DNA of 64,000 nucleotides, from positions 75,298 through 139,297 of the forward strand of contig JADLDG010000023.1 in NCBI GenBank assembly GCA_020846775.1. The letters run 5' to 3'. Below, one piece after another: positions 36,495-46,545 of the stretch (position 1 is the stretch's first letter; each line of letters begins with the position of its first letter). The notes beneath the pieces were generated by a model. It saw only the letters and a program-made list of their open reading frames with translations. It ran no database searches and was not told the origin of the DNA. The position numbers and the translations under genes were made by a program. Source of the stretch: Nitrospirota bacterium (GTDB lineage: Bacteria > Nitrospirota > 9FT-COMBO-42-15 > HDB-SIOI813).

Positions 36495-38771
36495 TTATAA
36501 CAAAGGATGAGCTGCCATTGCCTTAAGTCTCTCCCATCTCCTGTCTACTTCTCTCTGTAAGGTTTCAGTAACCTCCTTATAATCTGACTTAATGAGATGT
36601 TTGGACTTACCCATTAGTTTCAGCCACTCTGTTACATGTACCTTTTTACCTTTTTCCTCCGGGTTATAACTTATACTCGTTATCCCATGCTCTATCTCAT
36701 ATAAAGGAAAGAAGCAGCAGTCAGCTGCTGCCTGAATAATTTCAAGTCCAATTCTTTCCTCACTCTTCCATTCAAGTGGACATGCAATAAGAATTTTCCC
36801 ATAGACAAGACCCTCATTCTTTGCATAGTATTGAGCCTTGGTTGCCTTCTTTATAAGGTCCCTGTATTGAGTAGCTATTCCGGTGAATACATATGGGATG
36901 TTACACGCTGCCATTATCTGTGCTGTATCTTTATGCTGGAGCTTGTTGCCGGACTGATATGGCCCGACATGAGATGTAGATGTTGCATGCCCCATTGGGG
37001 TAGAGAATGACAACTGTGCCCCGGTATTCATATAACCCTGATTGTCATATTCAAGAATAATCATTTTATGATTTCTCAAGGCAGTACCAATAGCATGCCC
37101 CATACCTATATCCATTCCTCCATCACCCGTTATCATTACGAACGTTATATCCTCTGATGCAGGTATCTCACCACGCCGTTGTCTTTCTTTGAATCCCTCA
37201 ACTACGCCGGCAAGGGTCGGTGCGCCGCTCTGAAAAAGGTTATGTATGTATGTTACGTTATGAGAGGTGTATGGATATCCTGTCGTTACGACCATTGCAC
37301 ATCCAGTCTGATATAGTACTACTACATCTCCCTGAATTCCCTTAAAGAATGTATCCAGTCCAGGAAATATTCCGCACCCTGAACAAGCCGAATGACCCTG
37401 TGAAATCCTTTTTTGCACTTCATTTAATGGCCTTGCACTTACACCTTTAATATCAAAGGCTCCGGTGGAATCATCTCTGGTTACCTTTAAAATACCGGGA
37501 GTCATCTCTTCCCTCGTTAAAGGTTTTTGATATTGTCCTGGGTTAAAACTAAGGTCACCAGGTGTTGCGCCGGCATATTCAAATGGTATCGTAACGATAC
37601 CCTTAACAGCCACATTATGGGTCTCTCTTATCAAGTCTACTGCATCTTCAATGTAGAATTCCTTTCCTCCAAGTCCGTATATGCGGCTTATAATCAGAGT
37701 CTTGTTATCGGGATCATCTTTCAGTGCGGCCTTGATTTCTATGCTCATATTACCGCCCCAGCCGCCATACGATTCCTGTCTGTCAGCCACACAAATTGCC
37801 TTGACTTTCTTCAGGCATTTCCTGATCTCCCTGCCAGGAAATGGTCTTATTACTGTTGGCATCATGGCGCCAACCTTCAATCCTTCTGCGCGAAGTCTGT
37901 CAACCGCCTCTTTTGTGGTTTCATAGGCAGAATTAAGAATGACCAGTGCAACTTCAGCGTCATCCATCATATATGTATCTATAAGTCCATATCTCCTGCC
38001 GCTAATCTGGCTGTAATTTTCAAAAACGTCATCAAGATGATTGTATGCTGCTTCCATTGCCATGGATTGCTGCTTCTTATTATTTATGAGGTCAGGGTCG
38101 TTCATATAAGGTCCAATCGTGACCGGGTTCATGGGATCAATTGAAACATATTTGGGTGGATGTGAACCCAGGAAATCCTGAATAACCTGTTTGTCTTCAA
38201 AATATTGAACCCTGCGCTTCTGATGGCTGGTGAAGAAGCCATCATAGGCAACAATTACAGGAAGCCGCACATCTTCGAGCTCTCCTATTTTAACACCTAT
38301 AAAATTAAGATCATATGCTGACTGAGGGTCCTTTGCCATTAAAATAATCCAACCGCAGTTAAGGGCCATCATAATGTCACTGTGATCTCCCCTGATATTA
38401 AGCGGTCCTGAGACGGAACGCATAACAACGTCAAGCAGCATAGGATATCTTGTTCCAGATTGAACAGGCAATTGCTCCATTGAATATAGCAGTCCCTGGG
38501 CAGATGTAGCATTAAATACCCTGGCCCCTGTTGTAGATGCGCCATAACATATAGCAGCGGCACCATGCTCACCTTCACCTGGAATCAAAAGGATATCATG
38601 CTCACCTTCAGCCTTCATCTCATCCAAATTTTCGGCAATTTCAGTTGACGGGGTAATTGGGTAATAACCCATTACGTGGAAATTGATCTGACTTGCTGCA
38701 AGAGCCGCCATTTCATTCCCACTTAAAAATCCCGTCAGTTGTTTGGCCCCCTTTTTTACTCCTGCCTCCAT
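36495..38771 (-). CDS. 2-oxoacid:ferredoxin oxidoreductase, fused alpha (PorA-like) and beta (TPP-binding, PorB-like) subunits
   Basis: N-terminal alpha-subunit domains. C-terminal TPP/Fe-S beta region (…CSGCG…, …GDGGMDIGMGHAIGT…). Start chosen at ATG 38771 (MEAGVKKGAK…), preceded by AGGAGG immediately after the upstream gene's stop. Confidence 0.85.
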   Translation of the reverse strand: MEAGVKKGAKQLTGFLSGNEMAALAASQINFHVMGYYPITPSTEIAENLDEMKAEGEHDILLIPGEGEHGAAAICYGASTTGARVFNATSAQGLLYSMEQLPVQSGTRYPMLLDVVMRSVSGPLNIRGDHSDIMMALNCGWIILMAKDPQSAYDLNFIGVKIGELEDVRLPVIVAYDGFFTSHQKRRVQYFEDKQVIQDFLGSHPPKYVSIDPMNPVTIGPYMNDPDLINNKKQQSMAMEAAYNHLDDVFENYSQISGRRYGLIDTYMMDDAEVALVILNSAYETTKEAVDRLRAEGLKVGAMMPTVIRPFPGREIRKCLKKVKAICVADRQESYGGWGGNMSIEIKAALKDDPDNKTLIISRIYGLGGKEFYIEDAVDLIRETHNVAVKGIVTIPFEYAGATPGDLSFNPGQYQKPLTREEMTPGILKVTRDDSTGAFDIKGVSARPLNEVQKRISQGHSACSGCGIFPGLDTFFKGIQGDVVVLYQTGCAMVVTTGYPYTSHNVTYIHNLFQSGAPTLAGVVEGFKERQRRGEIPASEDITFVMITGDGGMDIGMGHAIGTALRNHKMIILEYDNQGYMNTGAQLSFSTPMGHATSTSHVGPYQSGNKLQHKDTAQIMAACNIPYVFTGIATQYRDLIKKATKAQYYAKNEGLVYGKILIACPLEWKSEERIGLEIIQAAADCCFFPLYEIEHGITSISYNPEEKGKKVHVTEWLKLMGKSKHLIKSDYKEVTETLQREVDRRWERLKAMAAHPLL

Positions 38772-38781
38772 AAATCCTCCT

Positions 38782-39804
38782 TTACTTCGCTTTTCTAAAT
38801 GAATGCGGAACACTCATGTCATCTACGTTGTAGTCACTCTCTTTCCCTATTGAAAGGGCATTCGGTTTACAAATCCAGACACACTGCAGACATCCCTTAC
38901 AATAATTGTAATCTATTCCCTTCAGGAATATGGCCTCCTTACCTGTCTTCGTCAATCCCTTTTCCCATACAAAACAATAGTCTGGACAAGCATAATCACA
39001 TTCGCCGCAGTGGGTACATGTTTCCAAATCCAGCACAGGTATAAAACCAACACGTGATGGACTCAGATCTTTCTCCCGCGTAAAACCAGCGCTCACTACT
39101 ACCCCGCCGACAGGTTGATTTAGATAGCCCAATCGTGATGGATTCCTTACATAAGGCTGATACGGATATTTCTCATCAGGTGCAAAGTATTCAATCTTAA
39201 CTTCATTATATCCCCTGTCGAAAGCCTTCAAATTACCGGGTACTGTCTGAGGATATTTCTTCCCGAAAACATTTCTGATGGCATCCCGTAATGCATCCGC
39301 ATTAATGAAGCCGCTTACCTTACAAATAGCTCCAAGCATAGGTATATTGACCCTGCTATTTTCCTCAATAGCTATGTTCAGTGCATCAATACACCCTAAA
39401 TAACCACCATGAAGTTTCAAATAATCCCTCGCCTGAGTTGTTGTCTTTGTAGTATTTAGCAATACAGTTGCATCCGGCTCTACACCCTGGAGCACCGGGA
39501 CCGTTTTTATGAGCGCCTCATGAAAAATAGCCAGTATGTGAGGGCTTTCAATGGGACTGTTGGCCCTTATAGGCGTGTCAGGATCGCATAATCTCACATG
39601 CGCCTTTACAGGGGCACCCTTTTTTTCCGAACCATAAGATGAAAAATTTGACCCGTTAAGTCCCATACCAAGCACCCCAGCCTCAGCCATTATCTTACCT
39701 GCAACATTAGCCCCGAGACCTCCAATGCTCTCCATCCGGATCTCAAACATTCCCTCTTTGTGTTTCTTTGGTATGATAACTTTACCTGTCTTGACTGTAC
39801 TCAT
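38782..39804 (-). CDS. 2-oxoacid:ferredoxin oxidoreductase, fused gamma (PorG-like) and delta (2x[4Fe-4S] ferredoxin, PorD-like) subunits
   Basis: 340 aa. N-terminal gamma domain (…MESIGGLGANVAGKIMAEA…). C-terminal two CxxCxxCxxxCP motifs (CTHCGECDYACP, CKGCLQCVWICKP). AGGAGA Shine-Dalgarno. Confidence 0.85.
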   Translation of the reverse strand: MSTVKTGKVIIPKKHKEGMFEIRMESIGGLGANVAGKIMAEAGVLGMGLNGSNFSSYGSEKKGAPVKAHVRLCDPDTPIRANSPIESPHILAIFHEALIKTVPVLQGVEPDATVLLNTTKTTTQARDYLKLHGGYLGCIDALNIAIEENSRVNIPMLGAICKVSGFINADALRDAIRNVFGKKYPQTVPGNLKAFDRGYNEVKIEYFAPDEKYPYQPYVRNPSRLGYLNQPVGGVVVSAGFTREKDLSPSRVGFIPVLDLETCTHCGECDYACPDYCFVWEKGLTKTGKEAIFLKGIDYNYCKGCLQCVWICKPNALSIGKESDYNVDDMSVPHSFRKAK

Positions 39805-39961
39805 CAGTTTTCTCCTAATAAATTACTATCATAGCGTATTAAATTACTATAAACTTGTTTGATGTGATTTTCAACAATTTTTTTATGAAATAATGTTAAC
39901 GATTTGTTGATTCAATATAATGACATGTGATAAAAAACGATATACAGAACGGACCGATATT

Positions 39962-40747
39962 ATGCAAACCTGGCGGCTTATATACACAGGGTTCAATAAC
40001 GGCTGCTATAACATGGCAGTGGATGAGGCAATTGCAATCGCAGTAAGAGAAGATAAATTTCCATCCACTATTCGTTTCTATACATGGAACCCTCCATGCA
40101 TTTCAATAGGATACTTTCAGGAACCTGATGATACAATGAATGGATTTATTGTACGCCGTATAACAGGCGGCAGGGCTGTGTTTCATGGAAGCGATCTCAG
40201 CTACAGTGTGGTTTCAAGGACAGACAATACCCTGTTTCCCAAAAATATTAATGGAACTTATTCTGTTATAGCAAATGCCCTTACTACAGGTCTAAGGCAT
40301 CTTGGTATTAATCCGGACCCTGCTGGAGAGCTGAAAAGAAGAAAAGACAGTTCAACTAAGTATCACAAGGCACGACTATGCTTTAATACAGCTATTCGAC
40401 ATGAAATTACAATTCGAGGGAAAAAACTGATAGGTAGCGCACAAAGGCGTTGGTCTGATATATTTCTACAGCATGGTTCAATACTGATCAACGGGTCAAC
40501 AAAGGAAAATGGCCCGGCCTCTATTTCATTGCAGGAGGTTCTGAAACAGGCTCCGAATGAAAGGCCGGATGGTTCTGGCGGTTATGGTCTGGATTCTGAT
40601 TTATTGGGCTGTGTTAATTTATTGATAGCTTCATTTTCCCTTGGATTTTCAGAAGCTTTTGGTATTCAACTTAAATCTGAGGATCTCTCAGGTTATGAGA
40701 TAGAGATGGCAGAGAGGCTTATTGTTGAGAAATACTCAAAACTATGA
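39962..40747 (+). CDS. Lipoate-protein ligase / octanoyltransferase family protein (BPL/LPL catalytic domain)
   Basis: LplA/LipM-like N-terminus (MQTWRLIYTG…YNMAVDEAI…) and …RRITGGRAVFHG… motif. The open frame extends to 39920 (MTCDKKRY…), but homology begins at the 39962 ATG. Confidence 0.7.
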   Translation: MQTWRLIYTGFNNGCYNMAVDEAIAIAVREDKFPSTIRFYTWNPPCISIGYFQEPDDTMNGFIVRRITGGRAVFHGSDLSYSVVSRTDNTLFPKNINGTYSVIANALTTGLRHLGINPDPAGELKRRKDSSTKYHKARLCFNTAIRHEITIRGKKLIGSAQRRWSDIFLQHGSILINGSTKENGPASISLQEVLKQAPNERPDGSGGYGLDSDLLGCVNLLIASFSLGFSEAFGIQLKSEDLSGYEIEMAERLIVEKYSKL

Positions 40748-41755
40748 ATTTTTTCTAAACCAATCTACCGTTTTTTTAAGTCCCTCATCTATGTTATAAG
40801 CGGGCAAATATTTAAGGACATCCTTAGCCTGAGAAATATCAGCAAGCGAATGCTTTACGTCTCCTGGCCTGGCGGATTCATATACGGGATCGGTTGAACC
40901 GCCGGTGATTTTGCAGATCTTTTTAAACAGGTCATTTAAAGTCGTCCTGGTGCCACAGGCTATATTCAGCACCCTGCCGGATGCCCCTTCAGCATTACAA
41001 GCAAGAATATTAGCTGAGACACAATCCTCGACATATGTAAAGTCCCTCGATTGCTCACCATCGCCATAAATGGTGGGAGGAGTACCTTTTATGAGTGCAG
41101 TGATAAATCTTGGTATTACGGCAGCATATTGTGACTGAGGGTCCTGCCCGGGACCAAATACATTGAAATAACGCAGCGATACGGTTGATAGACTATAGAG
41201 TTTATTAAATAACACAGCATAATATTCTGCAGTAAGCTTGCTCAACGCGTATGGGGATAAAGGCGACGCAGGCATTGTCTCAACTTTTGGAAGTGCAGGG
41301 GTGTCACCGTAGACGGAAGACGACGAGGCGAGTACTAATCTCTTGACCCCCTCATCTCTGGATGCTATCAATATGTTAAGAGTCCCCCTGATATTAACAT
41401 CATTTGTAGTAACAGGGTCTGTTATGGAACGCGGTACTGATGGTACTGCACCCTGATGCATTACATATGTTACACCCGATACAGCCCTCCAGCAGGTATC
41501 ATGCTCCCGAAGATCTCCATCAATCACATAGAGCCGGGGATATTTGGCAGGGCGTACACGCAGCTCACTGCTGCTGACAAATAAATAATCACGCTCCGGG
41601 ATTAGAGAATTATTCCTGATAACCCTTTCTATGTTAGACTTCTTACCAGAAGAGAAATTATCGAGGATTCTGACATTGTGATTCTGGCTCAGAAGTTTAT
41701 CAACTATATTCGATCCTATAAAGCCAGCCCCGCCGGTAACTAAGTAAGTTTCCAA
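40742..41755 (-). CDS. NAD-dependent sugar nucleotide 4-epimerase (WbpP/TviC-like UDP-GlcNAc/UDP-GlcNAcA epimerase)
   Basis: METYLVTGGAGFIGSN… Rossmann motif, YxxxK catalytic dyad, extended-SDR architecture. Confidence 0.85.
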   Translation of the reverse strand: METYLVTGGAGFIGSNIVDKLLSQNHNVRILDNFSSGKKSNIERVIRNNSLIPERDYLFVSSSELRVRPAKYPRLYVIDGDLREHDTCWRAVSGVTYVMHQGAVPSVPRSITDPVTTNDVNIRGTLNILIASRDEGVKRLVLASSSSVYGDTPALPKVETMPASPLSPYALSKLTAEYYAVLFNKLYSLSTVSLRYFNVFGPGQDPQSQYAAVIPRFITALIKGTPPTIYGDGEQSRDFTYVEDCVSANILACNAEGASGRVLNIACGTRTTLNDLFKKICKITGGSTDPVYESARPGDVKHSLADISQAKDVLKYLPAYNIDEGLKKTVDWFRKNS

Positions 41756-41766
41756 TGTAAGTTCCC

Positions 41767-43068
41767 CTATAACTTAACGATCTTGTCAGATATTATACCC
41801 TTTGTAGCATTTCTTGTGTCAACTATAATCTTTGAACAATCAACCACCTTCTGGTAATTATAGGATGTGTGATTTGTAACAATTACTGTACAGTCGTAAT
41901 TGCTCAACGCAGAATAATCACTCAGGTCGGTTGATGAGATGTCCATGCCTTCTTCATGAAGGTGTGATATATGAGGATCATTGTATGAGATCAATCCACC
42001 TTTGTCTCTAAGTAATCTGATTACGTCAAGGGCAGGAGACTCCCGTACATCACCCACATCTTTCTTATATGCTACTCCGAGAACAAGAATCTTCGATCCG
42101 TTAATGCTCTTTTTCTGAACATTTAATGCATCGAATACCTTACTTACCACAAAGTAAGGCATATTTGTATTTACCTCACTCGCAAGTTCAATAAACCGCG
42201 CATTATAATTAAACATCTTAAGTTTCCATGAAAGATAGTGAGGGTCAACGGGTATACAATGTCCACCCAGCCCGGGACCAGGGTAAAACGGCATGAAACC
42301 AAATGGTTTTGTTGCAGCTGCGTCAATAATCTCCCAGACATCCATCCCAAGTTTGTTGCAGATAATTGCTATTTCATTTACAAGACCTATGTTTACTGCC
42401 CTGAACGTATTTTCAAGAAGTTTTACCATCTCTGCAGCCCTGGTGGAACTTACTGTAATGACCATATCTACAGCTTTACTGTATAAGGCCGCAGCAGACT
42501 CGGTGCATTTCTCAGTAACGCCGCCAATGATCTTAGGCGTATTCCTGGTATTAAAATGTACATTTACCGGATCAATACGTTCCGGTGAAAAGGCAAGAAA
42601 AAAATCAACACCAACCTTAAGCCCTTTGCTTTCAAGTTCCGGAAGGATAATCTCTTCAGTTGTACCCGGATAAGTTGTGCTCTCAAGTACTATGAGCTGA
42701 CCTGCGTGAAGATATCTGGCAATTTGCTGGGTCGCACTTAGAATGTAAGATATATCAGGGTCTTTTGTCTTTCTGAGTGGCGTAGGGACGCAAATACTTA
42801 CTGTGTCGAGTTCCTTTAAGACGCTGAAATCAGTAGTAGCATGAAGCCTGCCCTGACTGACGGCTGCTCCAATATCAGCATCCTTTGCATCTTCTATATA
42901 AGATTCACCCCTGATAATTTTATCTATCTTTTTCTTGTCCATGTCAATGCCGGTAACATCAAAACCTGCCTTGCAGAATTCCAGGGCTAACGGGAGTCCG
43001 ACATATCCCATCCCTATTATCCCCAGTCGCGCACTCTTACGTTCAATCCTGTTAATGAGAGAATCCAT
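41767..43068 (-). CDS. Nucleotide-sugar 6-dehydrogenase (WbpO/TviB-like UDP-N-acetyl-D-glucosamine dehydrogenase)
   Basis: …LGIIGMGYVGLPLA… N-terminal NAD-binding motif. UDPG/GDP-Man dehydrogenase family central and C-terminal domains with catalytic Cys (…GGHCIPVDP…). Confidence 0.85.
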   Translation of the reverse strand: MDSLINRIERKSARLGIIGMGYVGLPLALEFCKAGFDVTGIDMDKKKIDKIIRGESYIEDAKDADIGAAVSQGRLHATTDFSVLKELDTVSICVPTPLRKTKDPDISYILSATQQIARYLHAGQLIVLESTTYPGTTEEIILPELESKGLKVGVDFFLAFSPERIDPVNVHFNTRNTPKIIGGVTEKCTESAAALYSKAVDMVITVSSTRAAEMVKLLENTFRAVNIGLVNEIAIICNKLGMDVWEIIDAAATKPFGFMPFYPGPGLGGHCIPVDPHYLSWKLKMFNYNARFIELASEVNTNMPYFVVSKVFDALNVQKKSINGSKILVLGVAYKKDVGDVRESPALDVIRLLRDKGGLISYNDPHISHLHEEGMDISSTDLSDYSALSNYDCTVIVTNHTSYNYQKVVDCSKIIVDTRNATKGIISDKIVKL

Positions 43069-43071
43069 CAG

Positions 43072-44013
43072 TTATACCTCCTTGTCCATCTTTCGTAATC
43101 TGTAAACCGCCTCTTCACTTAACCTGCGGTTTGCCGCAATAAGATCTGATATAAGACCTATAACAATCGTCTGAAAACCAAGCATCATTAATGTAGCAGC
43201 AAGTATGAGTGATTGTATGTGCCCGGCGCCTTCACCACGAAACAAATAAAAGAGATATCTGGCTGAGACTACCAGTCCTGCCAGAAAGACAATCACGCCA
43301 ATGGTAAAGAAAAAAACAAGGGGACGGTACATGGCATATGTCCTGATAATGGTAGATGCTGACCTGATTAAGTAACTGCGAACACTTGAAATAAGCCTGG
43401 ACTCACGCAGTACCTGATTGGTCCTGACAGGTATATGCGTGACAGCAAGCCTATTGTGACCTGCCTGTATTATGCTTTCAAGTGTATATGTATATCCGGA
43501 AACTATGTTCGTTCTAAGGGCTGCCTCGCGGCTGTAGGCCCTGAAACCACTGGCCGCATCGGGGATATGTGTATCTGATGCTATTCTTACAACCCAGCTC
43601 CCAAGCTTCTGGAGGATCTTCTTCGATGTGGAGAAATGTCTGATAGTTTCAACCTCCCTGTCGCCAACTACAACATCAGCCTTCCCTTCCAGAATTGGCT
43701 GGATCAGCTTTGGTATGTCTCCTCCATTATATTGGTTGTCAGCATCTGTGTTAACTATAATATCAGCTCCAAGACTGACTGACATCAGAAGCCCCGACAT
43801 AAATCCACGCGCAAGACCCTGATTGACTTTGAATCTAACTATGTGATCAGCACCGCATTCCCTCGCTACCAGAGATGTCCTGTCACTGCTTCCGTCATCT
43901 ATAACCAGGATTTCAACTGTATCTATACCTGAAATCACTCGCGGAATAGCCTTGATAGCAACTGGTAATGTAGCTTCTTCATTAAGACATGGGATCTGCA
44001 CTATTAGTTTCAA
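43072..44013 (-). CDS. Family 2 glycosyltransferase (DPM1-like polyprenyl-phosphate sugar transferase) with C-terminal TM helices
   Basis: …IVQIPCLNEE…LVIDDGSSDRT… GT2 DxD region. Two C-terminal TM segments. Confidence 0.85.
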   Translation of the reverse strand: MKLIVQIPCLNEEATLPVAIKAIPRVISGIDTVEILVIDDGSSDRTSLVARECGADHIVRFKVNQGLARGFMSGLLMSVSLGADIIVNTDADNQYNGGDIPKLIQPILEGKADVVVGDREVETIRHFSTSKKILQKLGSWVVRIASDTHIPDAASGFRAYSREAALRTNIVSGYTYTLESIIQAGHNRLAVTHIPVRTNQVLRESRLISSVRSYLIRSASTIIRTYAMYRPLVFFFTIGVIVFLAGLVVSARYLFYLFRGEGAGHIQSLILAATLMMLGFQTIVIGLISDLIAANRRLSEEAVYRLRKMDKEV

Positions 44014-44032
44014 AAACTGACTCCTGTGAAGG

Positions 44033-44674
44033 TTATTGCACTGTAATTAACTCGTTAATTAGAGCAAAAGGGATAGCCCCTTCCCTTAAGATTACAGGTT
44101 GCTCCCCGGTAATGTCAACGACGGTAGATGCCCCCCTGTAATTCGTAATACCCCCATCTGCAAGTGCATCAATACTGTTGCCCATAGATTCTTCCACTTC
44201 TGCTGGATTATTAGTACTGTTGTCACCGGAGATATTTGCACTTGTTGCTGTTATAGGATGTTTAAGTTTATCTATAATGAGTTTGCATAATTCACTGTCA
44301 GGCAGCCTGATTCCAATTTTTCCAGTATTGGCAGTAAGTACCGCAGGAACAAGGTCAGATGCCCTGAATACTAATGTCAGGGGACCAGGCCAGAACCTAT
44401 CTATTAACTTTTTTGCAGTTTCTGAAAGATAGCCGTCAGCAATCAGGGGGCGAAGCATCATCATGTCAGATATCAGGATAATTATTGGTTTATTGGGCAT
44501 TCTTTTCTTTATTGTATATAACCTCTCTAAAGCAAACTGATTGGAAATATCAGCGCCTAAACCATAGAAAGTATCGGTTGGATAGGCAATAACTGAACCA
44601 GATTTTAATAAATCGGCTAATTCAGTGATCACTGATGGGTCAGGGGAGGATTGGGTTACCTTATATATTTTCAT
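44033..44674 (-). CDS. tsaC: L-threonylcarbamoyladenylate synthase (YrdC/TsaC family)
   Basis: …AYPTDTFYGLGAD…, …FWPGPLTLV… YrdC-domain motifs. 213 aa. Confidence 0.85.
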   Translation of the reverse strand: MKIYKVTQSSPDPSVITELADLLKSGSVIAYPTDTFYGLGADISNQFALERLYTIKKRMPNKPIIILISDMMMLRPLIADGYLSETAKKLIDRFWPGPLTLVFRASDLVPAVLTANTGKIGIRLPDSELCKLIIDKLKHPITATSANISGDNSTNNPAEVEESMGNSIDALADGGITNYRGASTVVDITGEQPVILREGAIPFALINELITVQ

Positions 44675-45174
44675 CCCTGGGTTTTAATTCCTGTTTCCTG
44701 TTTCCTTTCTATTGTATCAGCCATGTCCCTCTTATATTGTTTGAGTTTAGTCAGAATGTTCGTGTCTTTCCGCGACAATATCTGCACTGCAAACAGGGCT
44801 GCATTCTTGGCGCCGGCTGCCCCCACTGCCATAGTTGCCACAGGCACCCCTCCCGGCATCTGAACTATTGAGAGAAGAGAATCAAATCCGCTCAACGGTG
44901 ATGAATCTATAGGTACGCCAATTACAGGAAGAACTGTCTCAGAGGCTATTACACCGGGGAGGTGAGCTGCCCCCCCTGCACCAGCAATAATAACCTCGAT
45001 TCCAGACTCCTCAGCCCCAACTGAAAATGCATGAACAAGACCAGGACTTCTGTGCGCAGATGCTATTTTCAAATTATATGGAATACCGAATTTATCAAGT
45101 ATTTTTGATGCCTCATTCATAACCGGCAGGTCAGATTCACTACCCATAACTATTGCAACCAACGCCTTGCTCAT
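44671..45174 (-). CDS. purE: N5-carboxyaminoimidazole ribonucleotide mutase
   Basis: 167 aa. …VAIVMGSESDLPVM… and …IAGAGGAAHLPGV… PurE signatures. Confidence 0.9.
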   Translation of the reverse strand: MSKALVAIVMGSESDLPVMNEASKILDKFGIPYNLKIASAHRSPGLVHAFSVGAEESGIEVIIAGAGGAAHLPGVIASETVLPVIGVPIDSSPLSGFDSLLSIVQMPGGVPVATMAVGAAGAKNAALFAVQILSRKDTNILTKLKQYKRDMADTIERKQETGIKTQG

Positions 45175-45253
45175 GTTCTATCCTCCTCTACTGACTTTCC
45201 AATTTCGACCCGTAATGAAATATTCATAAAATGAGTTGCTCCCGGTTTTTCAT

Positions 45254-46525
45254 TCATTCTTTGATAGCTTTTCGTCCGATATCCTTCCTGTATTGCATTC
45301 CATTGAAGCGGATCATGTTTACCCCCTCATATGCCTTGTCAATGGCTATTTTTAAATCTGCTCCAATTGCAGTTACACCAAGTACCCGTCCTCCGGCAGT
45401 CACTATATTACCACCGTCAAATTTCGTCCCTGCATGAAAAACCATAATGTCGCTAATATTGGCAAAATCATCCAAACCATTTATTGACTGACCTGTAGAA
45501 TATTTATCAGGATAACCTCCAGCTGCCATCACTACACAAACTGACGCCTTCTCGCTCCACTCAATCTCTACGCTCTCAAGTTTCCTATCCACAACTGCAT
45601 TTATTATATCGAGGATATCTGATTGTAATCTCATTAATATTGGTTGAGCCTCCGGGTCGCCAAATCTGCAGTTAAATTCAAGGACCTTTGGGCCATCCGA
45701 AGTTAACATGATGCCCGCGTATAAAATGCCTTCATATGGACATCCTTCTGCCTTAAGGGCATTGACAGCAGGAAGCATTACTTCCTTCATAATCCTCTCC
45801 TGCATTTCTCGGTCAATAACTGGCACAGGCGAATAAGCCCCCATACCTCCGGTGTTAGGTCCACAGTCATTGTCCATTGCCCTCTTATGGTCCTGTGACG
45901 GAGGCATTGGAATAATAGTGTTTCCGTCTGAGAATACGAGGAATGATGCCTCATCCCCTTCAAGGCATTCCTCAATTACCACCTGCGCCCCGGCCTCTCC
46001 GAATAAACGCTCTGACATTATCATATTAACGGCTGTTACGGCTTCATCTTCTGTCAAGCAGACCATGACACCTTTACCGGCAGCAAGACCATCCGCCTTT
46101 ACTACAATGGGAACGCCATTTTCTCTTATGTAATCAACAGCCTTTTTCTGATCTGTAAACACACATGCAGCGGCGGTAGGGATACCATATTTCAGCATAA
46201 TGTGTTTAGAAAATGCCTTGCTTCCCTCTAATTGAGCTGCAAAGCTTAAAGGGCCGAATATCCTTAACCCGCCCTTTCTGAAAGTATCAACTATACCAAG
46301 TACTAAAGGAGCCTCGGGGCCAACGACCGTAAGCCCAATCTCTTTTTCCAGCGCAAAGTTGTAAAGCGATTTAATATCAGTAGCAGATATAGGTATACAC
46401 TCCGCAATTCCTGCAATTCCCGCATTGCCGGGGGCACAATATATCGTGTCTGCGTGCCTGCTTTGAGCAATTTTCCAGACAAGTGCATGCTCTCTTCCAC
46501 CACTTCCAATGACCAGAATATTCAT
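45254..46525 (-). CDS. purD: Phosphoribosylamine--glycine ligase
   Basis: 423 aa. ATP-grasp GARS with MNILVIGSGGREHAL… N-terminus. Confidence 0.9.
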   Translation of the reverse strand: MNILVIGSGGREHALVWKIAQSRHADTIYCAPGNAGIAGIAECIPISATDIKSLYNFALEKEIGLTVVGPEAPLVLGIVDTFRKGGLRIFGPLSFAAQLEGSKAFSKHIMLKYGIPTAAACVFTDQKKAVDYIRENGVPIVVKADGLAAGKGVMVCLTEDEAVTAVNMIMSERLFGEAGAQVVIEECLEGDEASFLVFSDGNTIIPMPPSQDHKRAMDNDCGPNTGGMGAYSPVPVIDREMQERIMKEVMLPAVNALKAEGCPYEGILYAGIMLTSDGPKVLEFNCRFGDPEAQPILMRLQSDILDIINAVVDRKLESVEIEWSEKASVCVVMAAGGYPDKYSTGQSINGLDDFANISDIMVFHAGTKFDGGNIVTAGGRVLGVTAIGADLKIAIDKAYEGVNMIRFNGMQYRKDIGRKAIKE

Positions 46526-46545
46526 ATTTCACAATTTCCTGACTA

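Noticed and set aside
37527-38144. 205-aa plus-strand ORF inside the oxidoreductase alpha-beta gene
   Set aside because: It is an antisense overlap with a conserved enzyme and is Cys/His-rich by chance from GC-skewed codons on the opposite strand.
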